Origin: Lama glama
Lineage: Eukaryota
NCBI GenBank assembly: GCA_028534125.1
Contig: CM052816.1
Span: forward strand, 19,904,001 to 19,968,000
Length of the DNA: 64,000 nt
Direction of reading: 5' to 3'
A model generated the notes under the pieces. It was not told the DNA's origin and ran no database searches. It saw only the letters and a program-made list of their open reading frames with translations. A program made the translations under genes and the position numbers. Positions 53,867 to 64,000 of the stretch are shown piece by piece (position 1 is the first letter of the stretch; the number at the start of each line of letters is the position of its first letter).

Positions 53867-53907
53867 ATAATAATAATAATAATAATAATAATATAATAAT
53901 AATAATA
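53829..53907. repeat. Compound microsatellite (TAG)12(TAA)9TA(TAA)4
   Basis: Direct reading. Confidence 0.95.
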
Positions 53908-56900
53908 CGGCAGAAAGTAGTTAGTGCTGAAAAGAGGTATGCATGATATATGGGATCCAAGGAGAGACAGAACTGGGGGAACTTAAAGTGCTTCAAGGGG
54001 TGGTGTCTCTTGACAGACAGATGGACCTTAGTAGTCTGAAATAAGGGCTGTCATATGTTGGATGTTTATTATGTGCCGGACACTGTGCTAAGCATTTTAC
54101 ATGCTAATCCAACCAAATCCTCCCAGCAACTCTGTGAGAAAGGTACTATCATTTTCCCCATTCTAGAGCTGAATAAACGTATGGCTCAGGCAGATCAAGT
54201 GATTTTTATCAAATTCCCACAGCTGGAAGGTGACAGAGCCAGGATTCCATCTAGTCTGACATGAAAGGTATGCTCTTAAACACTGGGCTACTTGTCCCTT
54301 ATTCTAGGACGTGAAATAAGTGGTTCTGTTTGGAAGAACATGGACCATGTTCTAAAAACACTGACTAGTTGATGTCAGTGATGATGCGAGAGAATAGAAT
54401 ACGTGGAGATTGGAGAACAATGGGGAATATGGTTGCTCCAGTAAGTCAGGGACACATCTCACTCAGAGAACTTGGAATGCTACAGTAAAGAATCAGGGAT
54501 TTTCAGAAGGTGATAGAAGCATGAATGCCTGTTATTGAAGAGGCAGGATTAGCTGTGTACTTTAGGAAGACAACTCGGTGTGACTGGGCAGGATGAGAAG
54601 CAGAAAAACGAGTTAGGTGGCTATTGCAGTAGTGGTACAGGAGTGAAAAGGCATGTGTAGCCCCAAGAATATGTGCTTTCCTCCGCAAGCCTGACTGGGA
54701 TTGTTTCATTTTAAGAAAAACAAAAGCATGTTCAAAAATCTAGACTCACAAACGACATAAATTAGGGGATAATTATTGATTTTACAAACTGCGTTCTATT
54801 TGAGAGCTTTTAAAATACTATCTCCTTTAGAGAATTTTTTGTATATAAATCTTTGGGGACTCTATAAACTAACCTATAGTATGTAATATTTTCTTACAGG
54901 AACATTTGTCAATCAATCATTACCAATTAATATGTATATATCTCTTAAAACAAACCTCCCCCCCTTTTTTTTACATGACTCTACTTTTAGCCCTTATGAA
55001 TGCTACTAAATGTTATTACACGTCCAATAAGTTCCTAAAATATTTCCAAAGAAATAGAAGCCAATAGAAATAAGCACTGGGAAACTCTCAGACTATTGTT
55101 TCTGGACTGTGCTTTGAATCTACAAATAATTCCCTGGATTACGGTGCCCACTCACATTCCTGAGCTGTGTGTAGTTCTGAGGCCACATGTGACACCATGA
55201 CACGGGCAAATCACACAGTCTCCACTTGTCCGAAGGGACTCACTCATAAGAAAGCAGACTCTCTTTCCTTTCAGGGGGATTTCACCCCGTGATTCCTCAC
55301 ACAAAAGGGCAGAATAAAGAAATAGCAACGATTAGGTTGACTGTGAGATCTCCTCTTCCACTTTCTGAGGTCTTATCAGCAAAACTAGAAGCATGCCCTG
55401 TTTAACCGCAGAGCCTGTGGGAATGGCTGTTTTACATCTCTATGGCTATGGAGATACCTCACGTCTCTCCACTGGTCAGCATTTTTTCTTTGCTGTCTAA
55501 AACATGATCACCTGGATATTATGGAATTATTAATTTCAAATGTGGGAGTGATTATGTTAAAATGAATTTTTGTCTTTTAGAAATACATATTTATAGACGA
55601 AAGATTTATAGATGAAATTTTATGATGCTTAGAATCTGCCTCAAAATGGCACAGGATGGGGGAAGCCAGTGGGGGTGCAGATAAAATAATAATGGCCTTG
55701 AGTTGATGATTATTGAAACTGGATAATGGGTGTGTGGGGGCTCAATATACTATTCATATATAAATTAGTGAATAGTGATTAGTTTTACCAAAGGTCTACT
55801 TTGTATATATTTTAAATTATACATAATTTAAAAATAATAACTGTTTAGTTAGAGGGCAGAATTAGCAATGTTTAGATTTTGGGTTGAGTATTGTAGTGAA
55901 AAAAGAGAAATGCTGATGAATTTTTTCTAGAAAAATGTGCATCCCAGTAATTTCTCTTCTCAATGCATCGTACACTATTCTGTCCATCACCTGCTCCAAG
56001 TCTACATTAACGCCATAGAGCTATGATCAGTTTCCTATGCATTTGCCTGTGCCTTTTATCTATATTCCTCGAGCTTTTTCAACTCTGATTTGTCCCTTTC
56101 ATTATTAGGTTGTTAATCTCATCAGGGCAGAACTTTCCATATGACCAGCCCCTCACTCTATAGCTCTGAGTACTATGATTTCTCAAGAATGATAAAAAAA
56201 TTTTTTCAAAAAGGTAAGATAGGAGATTAAACCGTGTAAGCCAGTATTTTTCAAAAGACTTGCAAAGGGGTGGTGATTTATGTTGGTTTATTTGTCAGAA
56301 ACATCTGAGTTCATTTCAGGCACCAAAAGTGATTCTCTCTGAAGCTAAGGGGAATACATAATGTTTTTCACAGTAAGGCTCATACCAGAAGCCAGGTCTC
56401 AATTTTACTGGCCAACTCCCCACCTCCACCCAGGTCCTAGAGATTTACCTTGGAAGTTTGTTTTGAAAATTTTAGTCTGATAGGCATTAAGGGCTAGATT
56501 GAGTGCCCCATTTAAGAACTATAATCTCTAGTTTGGGCTTTCAAAAGGAAGTTCAAGGAGGGTGGCTTACCTCTTAAGCAACCTGCTAAGATGATGGAGT
56601 GAACTGCTGTAGGGAAGTAGTGACGTTATCAGCCCTTTCTGGCCTCCACACTGAAACTGGAACTCTTGGTTAGGAAATAAAGGAGGAAGTGAGGCAGATT
56701 CATCATTGCTTAAGGAGCTAGGATTTCCTAGCTGTTGGCTGAGGCAACAGAGGGAAACTTTCTCATGCACATGCTGGGCCCCAGCTGAGAAGGGCTGGGA
56801 GCTGCTGGTTGTCAGGATGGACCCACTCATCTGTGCTGTCTGAGGAGCTCACTAGAACTGCTGTGACCTTGTTTCTTCTGTATCTGACATTATTCAATAC

Positions 56901-59900
56901 CTCTAGGAAGTTTTCACTTGAGGAAACCTTTTACAGCAGTTCTGCATGGATAATTGGCAAGTATGGCTTTGATACAACAGGTAAGATTCGATTATTTGAA
57001 AGTTTATTCCACTAAATGGACATTAACATTTAAGATTCCCCTTCCCTTAGTGCCATAAAAGTAGTTAAAAAACATGAGTAGTGAACAGGCCCATGCTCCA
57101 GGGGTTCAGAGGGACAGACAGAGCAGGTAATCTGAGCCCTTGGAATCCTAGATAGGCTCTCAGCCATCCTTTTTCCTTTAGGAATAGGCTCTTGCTCAGT
57201 GGTTAAGAAAGAAAAATCCAGCTTACTAGAACATCCAACCACTCTGCAGAAGTGTTACCAGAACGGAAAGGAATCTTGGCCTTCCCCTGCTTTTAGGTAG
57301 GCACGCCTCAAGTTTAGACTCTGCAAGGTCTCCTGCTCTATCTGTTCCTTGAAGGGCTCTGGAATGAGATGAAGCTCCCATCCTCCTGCCCAAGACCTAG
57401 TTCAGCCTGTTTCCTCTTTTGTGAAATACTTCATCGGGAGACAACTCAAATCTCCCTTGTCTTAATTTGGACCCATTTCTTCTTGATTAGTCATCTGAAA
57501 TGACACAGTAACTTCTTGATCATTATTAAGGAACTGCTTCTTGAATTTTTTTAGGAGCTTTGAGCCTCTCAGAAGAAAGATACTTTTAAATTCAATAAAC
57601 AAATATAAAAATAATCAAACACAGTATACCTTAGACTTGGAATCAAGTAGGAGAGAGAGTAGGGAAGGTAGCCTGAGACCTTGCACTGAGCTACAGGAGA
57701 CAATTCTGGTTTCCATCATTCTTTTTTTCCCCTCCATCTTTATGGAGTTACAATTGACATATAACATGTAAATTTGAGGCCTATAATGTGTTGATTTGAT
57801 ACACTTGCATTATATATTGCAAAATGATAGCCTTAGCTAACACCTGTGTTACATAATTACCATTTCTTTTTTGTGGTGAAAACATTTAAAATCTACTCTT
57901 GGTTTCCAACATTCTTAATGTTAAAAGATCAGCGGACTGAGCTGACACAGCAGGGAGAGACGCTGACTCTGGATTCACATGGAGTAGACCCAGACCTCTT
58001 TAAAGAGAACTTCATCAAGCCAGTGATATGGGGTAGTAAATCTTAGGATAAAGGGTTGGAGATCTAACAGAGAGACAGTGTGGCAGCAGGCAGGCTTCAG
58101 GACCCTGAGGGGGCAGGGTTTCACAGGATCGAGGGATGCTGGAGCCATTTGAGAAGGATAACTGTCAGCCCAGGTAGATAGTGCTTGAGCAGTATGGCAC
58201 TGTTTGTTCAGATTAAGTATTCATATATCCTATGATGAGATTTGTGTAGTCTGTTAACACTCTCCCCTTTCCTGCACTGACCAGGAGTGATGTTACACAC
58301 AGTGGAAACCTGGTGGAAGTGAGAATGGGGGAACCGTTTGTTGGCAGGGCCACCTCCTGCAGTTGTGGAGATTGTGTCCTGAGCAAGGCTTTTACTGAGG
58401 GGGACAGTGAGTAGGAGCTGAGACCCAGCCTGAGCACCACCTTGCCAAGCCTTATGCTTTACTGTGCAGTGTGTCCTCCAGGAGGAAGAGATGCCTTTTC
58501 TAATGCATAAAGAAACACCATATGGGTGAGAAATTGTCTAAAGAGATTGCCACATGGGTCCAAAATGGGACATACATGAGGCTGCTCATGGTGGCATTGT
58601 TTTGGGTGGTGGGAAGTTGGAGGCACTGGGAGTGCCCATTACTGGGGAGCAGAGAGGCCACATGTGGTGTGTGCACCTGGTGGAGGACTCTGCAGCAGTC
58701 AGGAGTGATGGACTGGAGCGCATATAAAAATGCGGATTGGTCTTAAAAACAAAGTGCAAAGTGGAAAAACTAAGACACACAATGAAATCTGTATCATGAG
58801 GCTATTGATGTAAATTAAAATACATGCAAACCAGACAACTCCACACACTCCACAGGAACACATTCAAGCCAAAAAATAGAATTCAAGATACTAGAGTGGT
58901 TGCTTACAGAGGGAAGGATAGAAGTGAGTAGTGGGACTAGGAGGAAATATATTCATACATCCAGAAAACAAAAGCATAGCCTTGTGTGGACCAATTAGAG
59001 TATAATGTCCCATGAACTGAAGTATGATTAATTTAACATTCTGCACCTGAGATCGAACTAGTGAAAACTAAATAAATAAAATTAAGTGGCCTGAGCCTTG
59101 CCATTTGAGGCTTTCCTCAACCCACCTGTTGATCACCAGTATGGCTTGATCAGCATGATCACAGCTTTTTAATAATGTCATTTATAGAGATTTATATCTG
59201 GATTTGTGTGATCTGCCTTATAACCTACCTGCCCTCATCAAACTCAAGGATGTCTGGTGCTATCTTGTTCCTTAAAATCCTTGGAAATTCCTTGCCTTAT
59301 CACTATTATTTTATTTTTCAGATAGCCATAAACAGAAATGAAAGCATTTACTTCCCTGGGGGATTTAATCAAACTGTGAAAACTATGTTAATGAAGAACA
59401 GGGATTGCAAAGAAGGAAAGAAAGCCCTCAGTTCTGTTTGGCCTGGTTTCCAGTAAATCTTGCATCCACTTTTTGTATCCAGCCAAGGCTGGAAGCAGAT
59501 GGGTCAGGCTGGGCCCCTAGTCATTGGGATACAGCATCTTGGCTTCTTCAAAGATAGGTCTAGGTCATTCTAGAGGCATGCAGTCATAAAGTACCTAGAG
59601 CTAAAAACTTTCACCATGTAAAAAAATACAATTTTTTTCTGAGATATTTCTTGGCCAACTGTGTGTGCAGCTTAAACTAAAAAAAGACCCAATACTATCC
59701 AAATTAGCATGTGTTCTATAGGTACCCAATAAGCATAAGTAAGATTGAATGATCTTTTACCATCCATTCAGGGACACCTCTTCCTCATGTGGCGTCTTAT
59801 GTGTATTAGAAATGTGCCTCTTCCTCTGAAGACACAGCCCCACAGTTAGACACAGGTGTGGCAAGCGGAGCTGGATTATAGCCCCACTCACCCCGCTGGT

Positions 59901-60039
59901 TGTTCAGGGCACAATCTACACAACTGTAGGATGTGGCCCTGCAAACAAATAAACTCCCCACTTTCTCTCTTCTACTAGATTTCCATTGTTTGCGACATCT
60001 TTCTGAATTGGTATAGGAGAGGCAGGCTTAACTGACCAT

Positions 60040-60632
60040 CCTAATTGCCAAGTGAAGCAACAGTATCTCCTATGGCATATGCTATTCTGGAACTTTACCC
60101 CTGCCTCTATAATGGTGGAGGCTGATTCCACTGTCCTTGAGTCTGGGTGAGCTTGTAACTTACTCGCAACCAATGAAACACAGCAAAAGTGACACAGTAA
60201 TTTCTGAAGTTAGGTCATAAAGTGACACAATACCCACCTTGTTGGCTGGGATGCTTACTTACACTTGGAGCCTTCAGCTGCCATGTAAGAAGTCTGACTC
60301 TCCTGAGGATCATGCTGTGAGGAAGCCATGCCATATAGAGAGGCTGTGTGTGGGTGCTCTGGTCAGCAGTCCTAGTTTTTGAGTGCTTTAGTCTCCAACG
60401 CCAGGCACGTGAGTAAACGAGCCTTCAGTGTATCTAGCTCCCAGTTGTGAAGTCATCACCAGACTTTGAATTTTCCCAGCTGAGGCCCCAGACAGCTTAG
60501 AGCAGAGAAGCCATCCCCACTGTGCCCTTTCTGAATTCCTGACACAGAGAGTGCATGAGCACAATAAATTGGTGGTGGTTTTATGCCACTAAGTTTGGGA
60601 TGGTTTGTTACACAGCAGTAATAACTAAAAGA
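60040..60632 (+). mobile_element. MaLR (MLT1-like) solo LTR
   Basis: GCCATGTAAGAAGTCTGACT...GAGGAAGCC; 3' end AATAAA...TTTTATGCCACTAAGTTTGGGATGGTTTGTTACACAGCAGTAATAACT. Confidence 0.8.
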
Positions 60633-60714
60633 CCTATTATCTTCAACAGCACCAAAGAGTAGAGCAATAAAAAAGGATGGGGAACTGTTATAAATTAAAA
60701 ATTGAAGAATTATA

Positions 60715-61071
60715 CTCAGCCATAACCGACAAGNNNNNNNNNNNNNNNNNNNNNNNNNNNNNNNNNNNNNNNNNNNNNNNNNNNNNNNNNNNNNNNNNNN
60801 NNNNNNNNNNNNNNNNNNNNNNNNNNNNNNNNNTTGTGGTTACCAGGGGGGTAGAGGGTGGGAAGGGATAGACTGGGATTTCAAAATTGTAGAATAGATA
60901 AACAAGATTACACTGTATAGCACAGGGAAATATACACAAAATGTTATGATAAATCACAGAGAAAAAAATGTGACGAGTGTGTATATGTCCATGAATGACT
61001 GAAAAATTGTGCTGAACACTGGAATTTGACACAACATTGTAAAATGATTATAAATCAATAAAAAAATGTTA
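60715..61071 (+). mobile_element. Young L1 3' end spanning an assembly gap, with 18-bp TSD
   Basis: AAAAATTGAAGAATTATA at 60697-60714 and 61072-61089; L1 3' UTR with AATAAA and A-tail. Confidence 0.85.
60734..60833. other. Assembly gap (100 N)
   Basis: Run of N within a TSD-flanked L1. Confidence 1.
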
Positions 61072-63118
61072 AAAAATTGAAGAATTATAAACTAAAAGAG
61101 ACAGAAGGAAACAAATACAAATGACATTGCTTGGCTCCTGATTAGGATGAACCATTACAGAAAGACACTAAGGAAAATCAGGGCAATTTGCCTTCTGACT
61201 GGATACTGCATGATATTAAGGAATAATTAATAATTTTAAAAATATGATACAGTGGTTATTGAAAAAAGCCTTATTTCTTACAGATGTATACAGAAGTATT
61301 TTAATATGAAAATATCTGTGATTTGCTTTAAATTGATTTTAAAATAGAGATGAGGGGGGATGGGGTACAGATGTAACAAGATTGCTGTATGTTGATAATC
61401 ATTAAGCTGGAGGATAGGTACATGGAGGTTTATTATATCTACCTCGGTACATATTTGAAAATTCTGCTAAGAAAAAAGTTTGACAAAGGAGAGGATGGTA
61501 GGTCCTCTGTCCTATTCTTCCAGGCCATGGTTTTGTGCTGACAGGTGCCAGTGGTTTAAATAGATTGCTCCTCGTGTAAACATGACCTCTATGTACTTCT
61601 GGAGGCTTCTTGAGGCCCAGGACCCTATGCTAATGTGGAAATTTCAAGTAGAGAAAGACTAGCAGAGGAAAGCATATTCTTAGGTAAATGTCTGGGCTCT
61701 CCTCAAGTCGGTATAATGGTATAATTTTTGATGGCTAGAATTCCTGAAAGACAGAATTATCTTCCCTGACAATACCCAGCCTAGCACTAGGTACACAGAG
61801 AGGTCCATAGACTCTTGGCAAATTGATTTGAATTAAGAAACCTGATTGTTCAGGATTAATTCATCAGTTTACTCTGAAGGTTGGGCACTGTTTAATTTTG
61901 AACCTTGAAATGTATCTGTCAGCAGAAAAATAGGCGAAAAGGCTGCATGTTGCTATGCAGATGATGTCCTTCCGTTTGCATATGGATTCTCTCCTTGAAG
62001 AAGGGCTATTAACTCATGCTGCAGCCTACTGCTCTCTTCTTGGTTTTGGCTATGTCACTAAGCCCAAAATAGAAAATTCTTTTACTGCAGAGCAGGGAAA
62101 GAGGTTTAAATTTATCAGTTCAAATAACAAAGGGTAGCATTATACTGGCTTTTCTCGGGTGGGGGTAGGGAGAGAGAATGCCTGCTGCATCAAGGAGGAG
62201 TGATTTGACACTGGCAGGGACTGGGACCCGGAGACAAGTGTACACTGTGGTGAGTTGGGCTTGTTTCCCATCCTGGCCCTTGTCACTCCCTCTTTCCAAC
62301 TGTGTCACCTCTTTTAGGACATGGGAAAGCAGCTGAACCACTGGGGATTCAGCCCCAGAAATGTCCCTGAAGTTATTAGACTGGAAACAATTCTTGGAGC
62401 CAAACCCCTTCTCTCTCAGCATTTAGAGAAGTCAGTACCTTGCCTCAAAGTTAAATAGCAGGGAGATATTTTTTCCTGTCAAATGGTCAAACATTTTACA
62501 GGATCTCTGGGGTTGGAAAGAGTTTGGGGCAAGTGGCATTCTCATACATTGCTGGAGGGAGGTAGGCTGATCCTCTCATCTGGAAGGCAACCAGACAAGA
62601 TGGATCCGAGGTACAGCAGAGGATGTAGATCCAGAGGATCTCTCATCTACAGCTGGTGGAAGTATAAACTGGTTCCCTAGACAAACTCTTGTACATGTAC
62701 AACATGGGACATTTACAGTAATGTTCACATCAGCAGTGTGAACAAGAGCTAAATCCTAGAAACAATGCACTTGCCCATGAGGGGGAGAGTTGATGGTAAA
62801 CTGTGGTGTAGTCATGCATTAGGGTATTTTACACCAGAAAAAATGAACTACAGTGAAATTTAAAGATATGGATAAGGTTTTTAGCAAAATAATATAAAGT
62901 GCAAAAATAAGTCCTGAAAGATTACATACATGATACGCTTTTTATAAAGCTGTGAACAGTTTCTTTTTTAAGTGAACAGTTTTTTAAAAAATCATTCTTT
63001 AGGAGTACCTATAGATACAGTAAAACCATATAAAAAGAAAAAGAAGGAAATAAACATATGATTCAGGATGGTTCTCTTAGTTGGGGAGCACAGGGAGGTG
63101 AGGGGGAAGGCCTTATGG

Positions 63119-63236
63119 GATTTTTAAAATTAATTAATTTATTTTGTGGGGGAAGGTAATTAGATTTGTTTATTTGTTTTTTAATGGAGGTACTGGGGAT
63201 TGTTTGTTTTGTTAGTTTTTTTTTAATGGAGGTACT
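63119..63236 (-). mobile_element. Two tandem 5'-truncated SINE 3' ends inside one TSD
   Basis: TTTTTAATGGAGGTACTG occurs twice; GCCTTATGG flanks at 63110-63118 and 63237-63245. Confidence 0.7.
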
Positions 63237-63959
63237 GCCTTATGGTTTAAATATTGGTTATTGTTGAGGTCTGAGCTTTTGAGGATTGGTGGTGGATTTA
63301 CAGGCACTGATTACATTATTTAAATGAATGAATTTACCACGCAAAATAACAGAATCAGGCCATTGGTTACAATTATGATAGTGCCATGAACCAAGGATTA
63401 TGGTTAATCCAGTTCTGTGTCCCTGACGTTAACAAAACAAAATAAAACAAAACAAAACAAAACAAAAGCAGTCCCAGAAAAGTCACAGAAGTTATCAGAT
63501 ACTTTGCACAGTGATTCTCCTTCTAAACATTTATCTTAAGGAATAAATCAAGATGTACATAAAAATTTATAAACAAGAATATTTATCATGGTATTTATAA
63601 ATATAAAAATATGAAAGAATCTAACTACCAAACTAAGGGACTCGTTACATAAATTGGGATGCATCTGTATACTTGAAAATTAGGCAGTTTTAAAAAATAT
63701 TATAAGAGTATTTAAGTATATGGGAAAATATGATATATCAGTTGAATAAAACAGGTTACAGAACAGACATACACAATATGAACGCAGTTTTTTTATTTCC
63801 CATAAATATATATATGCACACACAAAAAAACTGGGAGACTATACATCAGAATGATTATATCCTCACCCCTAGATGTTACCATTATTTCTTCTTTTCTTTA
63901 AACTTTTCAATAGTCCACAAATTTTCTACAGTGACCATTAATTCTTTTACAATCAGAAA

Positions 63960-64000
63960 TAATTTTATTTTATTTATTTTTAATGGAAGTACTGAGGACA
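63960..64000 (-). mobile_element. SINE 3' end running off the window
   Basis: TTTATTTATTTTTAATGGAAGTACTGAGGA matches the SINE tail seen elsewhere in the window. Confidence 0.6.

Noticed and set aside
58990..63430. Similar strings at about 59000-59055 and 63378-63430 (CCATGAAC...TATG.TTAAT)
   Set aside because: Diverged 3' ends of two ancient L1 copies, not a specific duplication.

Overview
Mammalian genomic DNA, probably camelid. The inference rests on tRNA-derived SINEs of the Vic-1 type (GGGGAGGGTATAGCTCAGTGGTAGAG...TCAATCCCCAGTACCTCC...AAACCTAATTAC) and on the L1 3' ends. The window holds the complete CDKL3 gene on the + strand: a CpG-island promoter near 1.9-2.45 kb, a probable non-coding first exon, and 12 coding exons from 2621 to 37681. 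Joined by hand at GT-AG sites with consistent phases, these give an uninterrupted 586-aa kinase. Alternative C-termini are visible: a 450-aa intron read-through form, a 584-aa form using exon 36903, and a speculative downstream exon near 44.4 kb. Intron 7 carries a sense-oriented processed BANF1 pseudogene with poly(A) tail and target-site duplication (TSD). The rest is intronic or intergenic DNA rich in L1, L2, MIR, LTR and SINE relics, with two 100-N gaps. I see no prokaryote-type system (CRISPR etc.) and cannot claim a wholly new biological system. The best second-look items are: (1) a TSD-flanked L1+L2 composite insertion, one end of which is duplicated 62/64 about 5 kb away; (2) inverted young L1 ends around exons 5-7, which would back-splice into a stop-free 342-nt circle; (3) a strong-Kozak uORF overlapping an RFX X-box and in frame with CDKL3; (4) a decayed poly(A) signal in the BANF1 retrocopy; (5) isoform-restricted SxIP and RxL motifs. 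Repeat family names and boundaries were assigned by eye and are approximate. Comparisons to human proteins and mRNAs are from memory and need checking.
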